Shown here in pieces: positions 11,255 to 22,008 of a stretch of DNA of 64,000 bases. The stretch's first letter is position 1, and each line of letters opens with the position of its first letter. The DNA is from an uncultured Candidatus Saccharibacteria bacterium (GTDB lineage: Bacteria > Patescibacteriota > Minisyncoccia > Phycocordibacterales > UBA5272), in contig CAYWEW010000006.1 of assembly GCA_964457775.1 (NCBI GenBank), positions 10,805-74,804 on the forward strand, given 5' to 3'. Under the pieces are notes generated by a model. It searched no databases and was not told the DNA's origin. It saw nothing but the letters and a program-made list of their open reading frames with translations. The translations under genes were made by a program, and so were the position numbers.

Positions 11255-11508
11255 TTATGTTTAGAAACTAATTGTTAATCTAAGCCCTAGCGCACAGTAA
11301 TACAAGTGTAGAAACAGTGTAAAACGTGGAGTTGCTTATAGACTATATACTACCATATTTTATATACAAAAGTCAATAGCTGTTGGGTAGTTATTAGTAA
11401 TTAGCTTGTAGAATATGGCTAAAATAGATTACAGATTCAAGGATTTTGTATCACATCAGAATGTCAGCACTCTTTTCATTGTATATAAAAATATAGAATC
11501 ATTGTATA

Positions 11509-11739
11509 ATGATATATATGAATAAATTTGAATCAAACCAAGGGAATGTAATAAATTTTGAAGAAAAAAAACTTGAACAACTTAAAGATACTGAAGAAAC
11601 ATTTAGAATTGCTATGGTTCAAGCAATAGAAGATCTTGAGCGAGGGCAAATTACAGAGGTTGTATTTGATGATTTGAGGTCTAGATATTTTATAGCAAAG
11701 CAAGAGCGTGAAGATTTTGAATTAAAGTTTAAAATTTAA
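11509..11739 (+). CDS. hypothetical small protein (76 aa)
   Basis: An ORF with a TGTATAAT-like -10 element upstream. No recognisable domain was found. Confidence 0.35.
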   Translation: MIYMNKFESNQGNVINFEEKKLEQLKDTEETFRIAMVQAIEDLERGQITEVVFDDLRSRYFIAKQEREDFELKFKI

Positions 11740-11774
11740 CTTTTACTCCTCAAAAAAATTCTTTGTAAAAAAAA

Positions 11775-13250
11775 TTAGAGTTTTCCCAAATCAAGCGTTT
11801 GAGTTACTCCAATATCTTTTACGAATTCATGTACGTGAGATACAACAATCATTGGACCTTGATAGTTTTTTAGTGCTTCTGCAATAACAGGGATGTGTCT
11901 AAAGTTAATGTGATTAGTTGGTTCATCAAGAATAAGTAGCCCTGGTTTTAGTAGTCTTAAATATGCGAACATAAGTAAACCTTTTTGTCCTTCAGACAAT
12001 AATCCAATTTTTGAAGCTAATTGTTCAGCGCCGAGCAACATACTCGCAGCGGTTCTTCTTAATAACTGATCGTCCAATCTTGCTAGGACTTTTGCTAATT
12101 CTTGATATGATGACTTTTCAAAATCAAGCGTAGAAAAATCTTGACGATAATATCCAACTCTTATACCATCTTGTATGGTTACACCTTTTTCCGTACGCAT
12201 TGCCATTTTTTCAAGTAATGTAGTTTTACCAATTCCGTTTGGTCCAATAATGTGTAACTTATCTCCCTTACGCAACTCAACACTTACTTTTCTTTTAACC
12301 GGTTTTCCATCATGCAAAACTTCAACTGATTCAAAATTCACAATTACACTACCAATATCTTCCTGACAATCAATAGTAAAAGGTTTTATAGTTCGATCTT
12401 CTTTACGAACATCTACTTTACTGTCTTCAAGTTCCTCGACTTCATCGCGTAACTTAGCAGCCAGCTTACGCATCTTACCTCCTTTAAGTGCAAAGAAGTT
12501 AACTTTGTCTTTGTTATTTTGAATCTCTTTTTCCAGTTGAGCGTTCGCTCGTTCAGCGCGTTCAACTTGACGCTTGATATCTTCAACTACCTTAAAGTAA
12601 TTACCAACATATTGTTCTAGTTGATATGTCTGTGTATTTATATAAACAACACCATGAGTGAAAGAGTTAAGGAAGTCTGCGTCGTGAGAAATAACAATCA
12701 CTGTTTTGTCATATGACTTCATAAAGTCAGTTAGAAGTTGTATACCTGCTTTATCAAGGTTGTTTGTTGGTTCATCCAATAATAATATATCTGGTTCCTG
12801 AATTAATGCCTGAGCAATAAGTAGGCGCCCTTTTTGTCCACCAGAGAGGTCTTTAATAGTTTTATCAAGTGGCACATTTAGTTCTACAGTTGCAAATACA
12901 CTTTGAGCTCTTTTATCAATATCATAAACTTTTTCCTTAAATGCAAGTTCCAAAAATTCTCTAACAGTAAGACTCCATTGTGTATGAGAAATGAATTGTT
13001 TCGCAAGAGCAACAGACAATCCTTGACCGATAATTACTCTTCCTTCTTCACAGTGGCGCTCACCCATAATTAGTGAAAATAGGGTAGACTTACCAGCACC
13101 ATTTGGTCCCATTAGAGTAAGCTTAATTCCTTTACGCACGACAAAATTAGTCTCAAACAGAATTGGTTTGTTTTCACTGTAATTAAAAGTAACGTCTTCG
13201 AAACGAAGAACGACTTCACCTCCAGAAGGGATTTGTTTTTCGACAGCCAT
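11775..13250 (-). CDS. ABC-F family ATPase (tandem ABC domains, no TM domain)
   Basis: Two Walker A motifs (GPNGAGKST and GPNGIGKTT). Signature motifs LSGGQKGRL and LSEGQKGLL. A coiled-coil linker is present. Confidence 0.9.
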   Translation of the reverse strand: MAVEKQIPSGGEVVLRFEDVTFNYSENKPILFETNFVVRKGIKLTLMGPNGAGKSTLFSLIMGERHCEEGRVIIGQGLSVALAKQFISHTQWSLTVREFLELAFKEKVYDIDKRAQSVFATVELNVPLDKTIKDLSGGQKGRLLIAQALIQEPDILLLDEPTNNLDKAGIQLLTDFMKSYDKTVIVISHDADFLNSFTHGVVYINTQTYQLEQYVGNYFKVVEDIKRQVERAERANAQLEKEIQNNKDKVNFFALKGGKMRKLAAKLRDEVEELEDSKVDVRKEDRTIKPFTIDCQEDIGSVIVNFESVEVLHDGKPVKRKVSVELRKGDKLHIIGPNGIGKTTLLEKMAMRTEKGVTIQDGIRVGYYRQDFSTLDFEKSSYQELAKVLARLDDQLLRRTAASMLLGAEQLASKIGLLSEGQKGLLMFAYLRLLKPGLLILDEPTNHINFRHIPVIAEALKNYQGPMIVVSHVHEFVKDIGVTQTLDLGKL

Positions 13251-13405
13251 TTTAGATAGTTATTAGTTGGTAGTTACTGGTTTGTAGTTTAAATACAATT
13301 CGATAACAATAATAAATGGCCTAGTGGCCAGATGGTTATAGGATAACACAAAAAGTTACTTTTGTCAGCTTTTTAAAGGAAATTGTGATATAATTATAAA
13401 ATTAT

Positions 13406-14266
13406 ATGGAACCCACTTTAAATCTAAACGACATTGTCGTTATGTATCATGCTCATTGTCCAGATGGAATGGCTTCAGCTTGGAGTGCTTGGAAAAAACT
13501 TGGTGACTCCGCAAGTTATATCCCAGTTTCTGATAGGAACGTGCCTCCAGAAGGTCTTGTTAATAAAGAGCTATATATATTAGATTTTTGCTATCCTGCA
13601 GAAGTTTTAAAAAAACTTGAAAATGCTAATAAAAAAGTTGTCGTTCTTGATCATCATGTGAGTTCAAAGGATGACGTAATGTCAATTACTGGAGGAGTTT
13701 TTGATAATACTCGTTCAGGAGCAGGGATGGCATGGGATTATTTTTTTGAGGGGATTCCACGGCCTAAACTTATAAACTATATAGAAATTGGCGATCTTAA
13801 TCCTCATAATTTACCTGAAGGAGAACATTTATCACAAAGAATAATATCAACTCCATTTAGTATGAAAGATTATGGTGATCTAATTTCTAGATATGAAATT
13901 GATCCAGATGCTCTTATAAATGAAGGCAAGGCAATTGATTTGTATGTTGCACGTCTATTTGATATGGCACTAGATGACTATGAACTTGTTTCATTTGAAG
14001 GTTACACTATGCCGGCGATTAATATTGCTCTACCTCTAACTACAAAATCTCAACTACTTATGAAGATGTATGAGTTGGTACCTCCAATTGCAATGTCGTA
14101 TCGTCATGAAAATGGACTTTGGAAAGTTTCATTACGCAGTGATGGCTCTGTTGATTGTTCAGCACTTGCATCCAAATATGGAGGGGGTGGGCATAAGGCA
14201 TCAGCTGGATTTGTTTTGAAGTCAGACAGCCCACTTCCTTTTTTAAGGTTTATTGCTAGTGATTAG
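13406..14266 (+). CDS. DHH/DHHA1 phosphoesterase (NrnA-like nanoRNase/pAp phosphatase)
   Basis: Motifs HAHCPDGMAS, VLDHH and GGGGHKASAG (DHHA1 GGGH..AAG). Confidence 0.8.
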   Translation: MEPTLNLNDIVVMYHAHCPDGMASAWSAWKKLGDSASYIPVSDRNVPPEGLVNKELYILDFCYPAEVLKKLENANKKVVVLDHHVSSKDDVMSITGGVFDNTRSGAGMAWDYFFEGIPRPKLINYIEIGDLNPHNLPEGEHLSQRIISTPFSMKDYGDLISRYEIDPDALINEGKAIDLYVARLFDMALDDYELVSFEGYTMPAINIALPLTTKSQLLMKMYELVPPIAMSYRHENGLWKVSLRSDGSVDCSALASKYGGGGHKASAGFVLKSDSPLPFLRFIASD

Positions 14267-14368
14267 TTCACGGTATAATTATTCTCCAAGTTTATCTCCT
14301 ACATATATACCAACCCACAACAACTTAACCAGTTGCCATGAAAAGTGTCATGTTTTATTTTGAACCTA

Positions 14369-15070
14369 TTATTTGGTTATTTCAATTAACGTGTCATTAG
14401 AAACTTTAAAGTATCTTGATGTCAATATTGTCGGTTTAGTTGTCATAGGGGATTCAATCGGTCTGTCGAAGTACTTAACCACAATTTCACCATTTACAAA
14501 TTCAGTTGTTTTGGGAACAACTCTATCACCAATCAATGCTCCGTTAGTTCCTTCATATTCACCATTTTCATTCAGTATAGCAACTACAAGATAATAAAAG
14601 GCCCCAACCCCTGAGTTGTCACTAGTAATAATAAATGCAGAGTCTATTCTATTATCTTCATTAATGTCTACTCTTAACTCATTTCCGAAATACCTAACTG
14701 TCGTTGTTGATAATATATTATTGATTAGATCTACTTTGGTTGCGGTCCCGTTATCAAGATTAAACATTCTTCCTTCTATGTCGTAAGAAGTATTCTTTGG
14801 ATTAGTTTTTTTTGCTATTAATGTTGTTGTCGAGACTATAGTTTCCGATGCAGTTTGAGATGTATTAACAAAAACCTTTCCAGGGATTTTACACTGTTCT
14901 GGATAAGTTGTGAGTATTTGGTATCCAGCAGAAACGCATTCATCAAAATTTGTTATTGATAAATGTTTTTTTTGAGCTTGCTTGAAATATAAGTATGCAA
15001 CAAAAAGAAATATTATGAGTGATAAATACAGAAATATTCTTACACCACGCTTCAAGGTTCTTTTTTTCAT
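14369..15070 (-). CDS. hypothetical membrane-anchored exported protein
   Basis: N-terminal signal-anchor MKKRTLKRGVRIFLYLSLIIFLFVAYLYF. It is the last gene of the histidine-kinase operon. Confidence 0.5.
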   Translation of the reverse strand: MKKRTLKRGVRIFLYLSLIIFLFVAYLYFKQAQKKHLSITNFDECVSAGYQILTTYPEQCKIPGKVFVNTSQTASETIVSTTTLIAKKTNPKNTSYDIEGRMFNLDNGTATKVDLINNILSTTTVRYFGNELRVDINEDNRIDSAFIITSDNSGVGAFYYLVVAILNENGEYEGTNGALIGDRVVPKTTEFVNGEIVVKYFDRPIESPMTTKPTILTSRYFKVSNDTLIEITK

Positions 15071-15092
15071 AATAACTATATAATACTATATT

Positions 15093-16883
15093 TTACTGAA
15101 CACCGTTGTTTATTACAAAGGAAACAGTAAAGCAGGTTCCTTCACCAAGTTTTGAAGAAACAGATAGTGTTCCACCCATTTTTTCTACTAACTCTTTGGT
15201 AATGAATAAACCAAGACCGGTTCCTTCAATAGTAGTATTTTTTACATCACCAGCACGGAAGAATTTTTCAAATAAATGTTTTTGATCCTCTTCTGACATT
15301 CCACGACCATTATCTTTAATTGAGGTATGAACAAAATTATCTATTACTTCATGAGAAATAACAATTGTACCATTATCATTTCCATATTTAATGGCATTAG
15401 AAACAAAATTCATAATAACCTCTTTGAAGCTACCGACGTTTATATTAACCATAGGTAATTCCGGTGGTCGATTATATGTTATGGTTATGTTTCTTTTTAG
15501 TGCAAGAGGGTGAGCTTCATCTATGATTGCAGATATTTCTTTTCTAATATCTGCTGGCGAGATAGAAATCTCTAATTTACCTGCTTCAGAACGAGCCACT
15601 TTCAACAAATCATTAACAAGGTTAACAAGCCTCTCATTTGATTTTTTGACAGGGGAAAGCAAGTGTTCCATTTCTGGTGCAATTATTCCTCCATTGCCAT
15701 CAAAAATTAGTTCCATATATCCTTTAATAGCAGTTACAGGGGCACGTAACTCATGAGCGGCGACGTACACGAATTCATTTTTAAGTTCTTCTAATCTTTT
15801 TAAACCAACTGTCATACCATTAAATGATTCAGCAAGTTCCTCTAATTCATCGTTTGTTGAAATTGTTACTTGTTTATCAAAATTACCATTCTCAATTTCC
15901 TTAGCTTGTTCCTCTAAGGCTTTAATTGGTTTTACTAATCTATTGGCAAATAATAATGCCATAAATAAAACAATAATTATACTAATAATAATTGTCATAA
16001 GAACAGTGTTTCTAAAGTCTTCTATTATTTTATCTGACTCAGAAATTGGCCACTCAACCATAAGTGCCCAATTTAAATTTGGAATAATATTTACCGCACG
16101 ACCAGAGCTTACAACTGGCACAGAATCAATTATACTCACATAGCGGTCAGTGGAAGATAGGCCGTCGAATATTTTTCCGTTTAAAACATCAGTTACTCTG
16201 TTCCAACCGTAATAATCTAGTTTATTGGCTCTATTTGACACCACAGGGGTGCCTTTATTATCAAATAGTAATATATAGCCAGTTTCATAAACATTGACCT
16301 TCTCAAGCATTTTTATGAGTGGTTCAACTGAGACTTCAGCAATGACAACGTTAAATATTTCATTATTCAAAGTTAAAGGCACAGCGATTGAAACTACTTG
16401 TCCTTGCATTGTTGTGTGAACCTCAGTAATAACCGTCTCACCGGACATTGCTCTTTTGAACAACGGTAATTCAGAAAGATAGAGCAAAGAAGTGGAAGTG
16501 CTAACTCTTGAATACTTTGCTTTTTCTTTACCATCTTCTCCAATCAGGCTTGCTTCCATAATTGCGGTGTTGCTTTCAACAAATTTTCTCACATAGTCTT
16601 GCCTCCAAGTGGAACTAACATTTTCTGTTATTGTATTTTTGTCCAATGTATCTAGATTTGTTGACAGTGTGTCAATAATTTTACTAAAAAAATCAGTAGT
16701 TATGTTTGAAGCGTTGTTAAGTGCTTGATGTTCAATAACAGATATGTTTTTTTTGTGAGTATTTGAAATATTTAAAAGAGAAACTACACCAAGACCTAAA
16801 ATAGGAATACAAGAAATAACAATAAACAAAAAAATAAATGTATACCGTAGCTGACCTCTTTTCTTGTGTTCTTGTATAGGCAT
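15093..16883 (-). CDS. sensor histidine kinase (TM, extracytoplasmic sensor, HAMP, HisKA, HATPase_c)
   Basis: H-box AAHELRAPVTAIKGY. N and G boxes NAIKYGNDNG and GTGLGLFITKELVE. Two TM segments flank a ~250-aa extracytoplasmic domain. Confidence 0.85.
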   Translation of the reverse strand: MPIQEHKKRGQLRYTFIFLFIVISCIPILGLGVVSLLNISNTHKKNISVIEHQALNNASNITTDFFSKIIDTLSTNLDTLDKNTITENVSSTWRQDYVRKFVESNTAIMEASLIGEDGKEKAKYSRVSTSTSLLYLSELPLFKRAMSGETVITEVHTTMQGQVVSIAVPLTLNNEIFNVVIAEVSVEPLIKMLEKVNVYETGYILLFDNKGTPVVSNRANKLDYYGWNRVTDVLNGKIFDGLSSTDRYVSIIDSVPVVSSGRAVNIIPNLNWALMVEWPISESDKIIEDFRNTVLMTIIISIIIVLFMALLFANRLVKPIKALEEQAKEIENGNFDKQVTISTNDELEELAESFNGMTVGLKRLEELKNEFVYVAAHELRAPVTAIKGYMELIFDGNGGIIAPEMEHLLSPVKKSNERLVNLVNDLLKVARSEAGKLEISISPADIRKEISAIIDEAHPLALKRNITITYNRPPELPMVNINVGSFKEVIMNFVSNAIKYGNDNGTIVISHEVIDNFVHTSIKDNGRGMSEEDQKHLFEKFFRAGDVKNTTIEGTGLGLFITKELVEKMGGTLSVSSKLGEGTCFTVSFVINNGVQ

Positions 16884-16889
16884 GTATTT

Positions 16890-17660
16890 TTATAACCCCA
16901 TTTTTTTAAGAGTTTCGTTATTAATGTATGTTGCGGATATTGGTATATTTACTTGGCCCATAATATCTTTATTTGTTACAAGACTAACATTGGTTTGCTG
17001 ACCATCTTTATATACGTAAGATGACAATTTGTAATTATCTGGAAGGCCTAGTGTGTGATAAAACTCATGGGCTAAAAATGTAGTCCCGGTATCTTTATAC
17101 ACATCATCAGTAAGATATGGTCTAGAAATTAAAAAGAAATCATCATTTCCCGCAGCTCCTTTACCTTCGAAAATAACTAAGTATACATTTCTGGCTGATT
17201 TATCAATAACTACATCTGACTCCGGGTATAGTTCACCTGTAGGGGTTAACAACCTTCTTGTAATTTCTTCTTTAACTGGGGTAAGAGCTTCATTGTCATC
17301 GTACTCAAATAAATTTTCATACTCCTTCAATTTTTTTTCACCTACTATTATTTTCTCAACGAATTTATAACTAATTTTTGAAGTATTGTAAAATTGAACA
17401 TTATGAAAATCAACTAAACTTTTCAAATGTTCTTCCGCATTTTTCTTCCAGTTAGTATCCTCTTTGACTGTAATGTCTTTAGGAATAAAATATATTATAT
17501 TTATATTTATTTTTTCTATAGACAAATCATCATTTCCATACATATGAGGTTTTGGACTAACTAACAAGGGTTTTTTGTCCACTTTACTAACTCCCACAAA
17601 AGAAGCTAAAGATATTAGAGAGGCGATAAGAAAAGTAGAAATTAATATAATACTTCTCAT
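16890..17660 (-). CDS. secreted zinc metalloprotease (HExxHxxGxxD, snapalysin/M7-like metzincin variant)
   Basis: Signal peptide present. Motif AHEFYHTLGLPD fits HExxHxxGxxD. It lies 3 nt from the upstream gene and 6 nt from the downstream gene. Confidence 0.6.
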   Translation of the reverse strand: MRSIILISTFLIASLISLASFVGVSKVDKKPLLVSPKPHMYGNDDLSIEKININIIYFIPKDITVKEDTNWKKNAEEHLKSLVDFHNVQFYNTSKISYKFVEKIIVGEKKLKEYENLFEYDDNEALTPVKEEITRRLLTPTGELYPESDVVIDKSARNVYLVIFEGKGAAGNDDFFLISRPYLTDDVYKDTGTTFLAHEFYHTLGLPDNYKLSSYVYKDGQQTNVSLVTNKDIMGQVNIPISATYINNETLKKMGL

Positions 17661-17663
17661 GCA

Positions 17664-20600
17664 TTATAAATTACTACTAGCAATTATTTCATTAATTTTC
17701 TTCCTTGTTGCTTCACCTACTATTCCAGTTCCAGTTTTGTAACCATTAGGAATTAGGATTTCCTCCTTGTAATAGTTTTGAAAACGAGTAACAGCATTTC
17801 TTGTTAATTTACCATAGTAACCTGTAATAGGACCGGTTACGTAAAATCCGTCCACTTTAAGAGCCTTTTGAAGGGCTGTTACATCATCTCCCTTACTTCC
17901 GAAAAGTAATTTACGAGTAATTTGACCAGTTGATACTTGTCCAGGTGGCAATGCCAAAGAATTAGATTTATTTTTAGAAGCGAACTTATCACCAAGTACA
18001 GTGGTAGCTATTTGATTTCCATTACTAGACTCATTACCAGCGGTATCAACAGCTCTTACTGTGTAATAGTAGGTTTTTCCAATAATTGAATATGTTTTAT
18101 CTATAAAAGAAGAAGAGAATACTTCCGCGGCAATAAGATCACCATAACTCCCAATTTTTTCAGAGCGATAAACTTTAGCGTGATGAAAATCATTCTGTGG
18201 ATTATTCCAAGTAATTTTTACATCCGTCGGTGTAACAGCATCTGTAACTATATTAGTAGGGGAGGAAGGGGCGGTGGTGTCAGCAGACGCAATAAGTGCA
18301 AACCTTGTTAAGTGTTGAACAAACAATGTAAAAGTTTTTTTACTTTTATCAATTGTAAATTTTGGCACAGAAACCCACGTTCCTATCTTCTCATCAAAGT
18401 AACTAGGGATAAGATTCTCAACACTTATGCCTTGAGCGCGCAACTCGTCCTCATCATAAGGAAGTGTAATTTTTGCCTCTGAGGATAGTGTGGTTACATT
18501 AACCCCTGTACTATTTTTAATGGTGATATCATACACAGTGCTTATAACTTCAGCAGACTTTTGAGAAGGTGCCTCTGTTGTAGGTTTAACTTGAACATCA
18601 ATTGATCCAGATGAGTTTGTTGAATTTGGTGGGAGTGTGATGCTTGCACCATCTGTAGCCTCCACCTTAACTGTCTCTGTTGTTGCAATTTTTGAACTAA
18701 CTGTCTGTGGAAGACTTTCAAAATTATTTTTCATGAAAAATAATGATACAGGGGATGAGTATGTATTTTTTGTAATCAGTATTTCAGTTGTTTCGTATGA
18801 TTTACTATCTTTGTCTTTATTTGCAGAAATATGCCAAGTGTCATTTGATGCAAGTAAAAGTGAAAATTCTCCATCAACAGAAGAATGTGTGGATTTTGAT
18901 CCACCATTATCTGACCATGCAGAAATATGAGCATTAGTTGTTAGACCATCATCAAACTTTGTTGCACCTCTTAGTTCAAAAACATTTAATACGTCTTTCT
19001 TTTTTAAAACAAAAGTAATTATTTTAGTCTCGTTATCATTAATCGAAACAGTTTGTTTTTCAGCTGGAACATAAGGTAAAGTATCAATGAACGCTGTATT
19101 CACAATATAGTTTCCAGCCTTAAGTAAGGCAGAAGTATTTCCAGTCGCATCAGTTGTTAAGGTATTCATTCTTATATTATCGTTACTACTTATTACAACT
19201 CCGATGTTTGGAACAGGGTTACCCAATTCGTCCTTAACAATAGTTCTTAATGTCGATACCAAGGGTCTTGCAGAAAAATTAACAACTTTATCAGTTTCAG
19301 AAACAACTACAATACTATTATCAACAACCCAAGATCCGTTACTTGTGTTCCCGTCTAATACACTTAATGTATATGTCCCCCCCGGAACAGATAATGAATA
19401 TTTTCCAAAAATGTCTGTAATTGCAGTAACTGATTTTGCATCATTGTATGCAGTAACTCTAGCTCCTACAACAAATTTACTATCAGGAAGCGATATCACA
19501 CCTGATATATTTCTTAGGGGTGCTTCTGCAATAACAATTGATGCAGTAGCTGAATCTGAACACCCCAAGTTATTAGTACACGCAGAAATACTATAAGTAT
19601 ATGTCCCAGAAGAAAGTCCTGTATCATCATATGTAGAACTTTGAGAAGTCCTATAGCCTTGCGTTGATCCTTGTGTTAAGGATTGTGCATTTGACCATAA
19701 CGGGGTTCTAGTAATTTTAAAATAATCCTCGTTGTTAGATTCATCTATCCAAGATAATTTTACATTTGATAAATTATTATAAGTTAACAATATATTTGCA
19801 ACAGCCCTAGATGGACTTTTTGGTTTTGAGATTACTGGTTCAGGTATAATTATTTGAACAAAAGGAGCAAAGTCAGAACAAATTGTAGAACTAGAAACAG
19901 AACAAGATTGAACAGAATATTTGTAAGCACCATAAGATAATGTTCCTAAACTATATGGACTAGTTTTATTATTCTCTTGAGCCCCAGTAATAATATTTTT
20001 TACATTATATGTAAAGCCAGTATTTGCTGACCAAGAAAAATTTGCACTACCGTTTGTTGATGTTGCAATAAAAAGCCCTGAAGGGGTGATAGGACGAGGA
20101 ATCGTTGGATTTATTACTGCTGTATTAATTTCCGGAATTACTATATATGTTGTAGATGACGCTGAACAATTGGTTTCACTAATACATGCCAAAACATTGT
20201 ATATGTATGTACCATGAGGAAGATTTACCCCAACAATTTTAGAATTCGAATCAGACGTAAAAGTTGATAAACTGCCTTGCCCTTGTTGTCCACCAACAAT
20301 CTTATATGCATTAGCTCCAGTTACATAATCCCAAGAAATAATAGTAACTATTCCATCTAAGCTAGAAGATGTTGCAATTTTAGTATTGTTAGGTTTATTT
20401 AGTGTCGTAGGTGTTATTGGAATAACTGGTATATTTACTTGTGGACTAAAATAAACTAACCCAGAACAAGTCACTTCATTACAAGCATCTATACTATAAG
20501 TATAATTACCAGGTGATAAATTTGTATCAGCGTAAGTCGTATTTCCAGCACTTCTAGTAGATATGAGTACAGAGGTGCCACTTGCTGGACCTGATCTGTA

Positions 20601-21476
20601 GATTCTGAATATTGTTTCATTACTAGACCTATCTACCCAGTTTAGTGTTACTGAGTTAGTGGAAGTAGAAATACCATTAGTAGTAATTGGTTTCTCGATT
20701 ATAGTTGGAACTACAGTAATTTGAGGAATAGTTACAGATTTGACTGGTGAATAGGAACATAAATCACCGTTACATACTTTGATTTTATAATTATAAATAA
20801 TACCAGGCTCAACACTATAATCAGAATATGATGACATTGTTGTGCTGTTAAGAGTCGTTGGTATTTCGTTTTCAATACCATTGCTGTATTTTATTATTTT
20901 TGTAGAATTTGTAGTACCTACAGTGTTATAATTATTCCATTGTAAAATGACGTAATTTCTTGTTACCCCACCATCTGTCGTTGATGTAGCAATTGTGGCA
21001 CTTAAGGTAGTTGGTGCAATAGGAGCAGTAGGTGTAGTTATCTGTGTTGTTTCTGTTGTAGATGTTAATACTAGTGGATATTCTATGCTTCTTACCTCTT
21101 GACTTTGATTCATTGCACCTGATCCTGAAATATTATTTGTGTTCAAAGTGTTACTAAAAGTAGAAACAACTTGATACGCTAATGATATACCAGTTGGTAA
21201 TTCTGTGACATCAATACAAGAAGATATTGAATCATTGGATAATGTTCCTGAACAGCCTGAGTCAAACTCCTTATAGTATGAGCTGTAATTACTTGTAGAC
21301 TTAATTATAACATAATCACTAAGTGACCTAGCGTCTTTTTGCCAATTAATTTTCGCACTATTTGTTGATGTTTTTTGAGCATTAACATTGCTTATTTGCG
21401 ATGCAAAAGTAATTGAAATTTGACCAAAAGAAACAATTGACGCAGCAAATAATATTACAATAGCTCCTTTTTTCAT
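17664..21476 (-). CDS. large secreted surface protein (1270 aa) with FN3/Ig-like repeats, carboxypeptidase-regulatory-like beta-sandwiches and a C-terminal PG_binding_1-like domain
   Basis: Signal peptide present. The protein has repeated T/S-rich Ig-like modules. The C-terminus GDDVTALQKALKVDGFYVTGPITGYYGKLTRNAVTRFQ matches the peptidoglycan-binding pattern. Confidence 0.75.
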   Translation of the reverse strand: MKKGAIVILFAASIVSFGQISITFASQISNVNAQKTSTNSAKINWQKDARSLSDYVIIKSTSNYSSYYKEFDSGCSGTLSNDSISSCIDVTELPTGISLAYQVVSTFSNTLNTNNISGSGAMNQSQEVRSIEYPLVLTSTTETTQITTPTAPIAPTTLSATIATSTTDGGVTRNYVILQWNNYNTVGTTNSTKIIKYSNGIENEIPTTLNSTTMSSYSDYSVEPGIIYNYKIKVCNGDLCSYSPVKSVTIPQITVVPTIIEKPITTNGISTSTNSVTLNWVDRSSNETIFRIYRSGPASGTSVLISTRSAGNTTYADTNLSPGNYTYSIDACNEVTCSGLVYFSPQVNIPVIPITPTTLNKPNNTKIATSSSLDGIVTIISWDYVTGANAYKIVGGQQGQGSLSTFTSDSNSKIVGVNLPHGTYIYNVLACISETNCSASSTTYIVIPEINTAVINPTIPRPITPSGLFIATSTNGSANFSWSANTGFTYNVKNIITGAQENNKTSPYSLGTLSYGAYKYSVQSCSVSSSTICSDFAPFVQIIIPEPVISKPKSPSRAVANILLTYNNLSNVKLSWIDESNNEDYFKITRTPLWSNAQSLTQGSTQGYRTSQSSTYDDTGLSSGTYTYSISACTNNLGCSDSATASIVIAEAPLRNISGVISLPDSKFVVGARVTAYNDAKSVTAITDIFGKYSLSVPGGTYTLSVLDGNTSNGSWVVDNSIVVVSETDKVVNFSARPLVSTLRTIVKDELGNPVPNIGVVISSNDNIRMNTLTTDATGNTSALLKAGNYIVNTAFIDTLPYVPAEKQTVSINDNETKIITFVLKKKDVLNVFELRGATKFDDGLTTNAHISAWSDNGGSKSTHSSVDGEFSLLLASNDTWHISANKDKDSKSYETTEILITKNTYSSPVSLFFMKNNFESLPQTVSSKIATTETVKVEATDGASITLPPNSTNSSGSIDVQVKPTTEAPSQKSAEVISTVYDITIKNSTGVNVTTLSSEAKITLPYDEDELRAQGISVENLIPSYFDEKIGTWVSVPKFTIDKSKKTFTLFVQHLTRFALIASADTTAPSSPTNIVTDAVTPTDVKITWNNPQNDFHHAKVYRSEKIGSYGDLIAAEVFSSSFIDKTYSIIGKTYYYTVRAVDTAGNESSNGNQIATTVLGDKFASKNKSNSLALPPGQVSTGQITRKLLFGSKGDDVTALQKALKVDGFYVTGPITGYYGKLTRNAVTRFQNYYKEEILIPNGYKTGTGIVGEATRKKINEIIASSNL

Positions 21477-21572
21477 AAGTTTTATAGATGTGGTAATAAT
21501 ATGATTTATATACTGAGTATATATCAGAATACTATATAAAAATTAGACTTTATCTTTTACATGTGTATATCC

Positions 21573-21603
21573 TAAATATAAAAAAGACTCTGTTCGTTTA
21601 TGT
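21573..21603 (-). terminator. intrinsic terminator downstream of the lipoprotein gene
   Basis: On the minus strand, GGGACTCTG-aacataaacgaa-CAGAGTC is followed by a T-run. Confidence 0.6.
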
Positions 21604-21635
21604 TCAGAGTCCCCAATTATTCTATTCATGATGTC

Positions 21636-21881
21636 CTATTTCATTAAAACAAATACATTTTCTTCAACTCCAATTTTGGTTGCTACTCTGTATTCAGAGA
21701 TGTTTATGCCACCCTCATGTATTTCAAGCTTTAACTCAGATGTGTTGACCGAGCTGTTATAAGCTGAACTATAGCTAGGAGAATTTTGATCTTTTAACAC
21801 TGTTACTTTCGTTGAATTATTAGTTATGGTGCAAGCAGATAGGATGAGTACAGTAAAAGAGATCAAGATATATTTTTTCAT
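21636..21881 (-). CDS. small lipoprotein
   Basis: Probable start MKKYILISFTVLILSAC with lipobox L-S-A-C. The longer ORF-track start is unlikely. Confidence 0.5.
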   Translation of the reverse strand: MKKYILISFTVLILSACTITNNSTKVTVLKDQNSPSYSSAYNSSVNTSELKLEIHEGGINISEYRVATKIGVEENVFVLMK

Positions 21882-22008
21882 GAAAATCCCCATAATTATT
21901 ACAAATAAGAACAAATAGATCTCATTAAAAATAACATGTTTATAGGCGGTAGTCAATTCTACACTCTCTGTTTTTTAATGTAGGATTTTTTGTTACAATG
22001 TAATCAAC

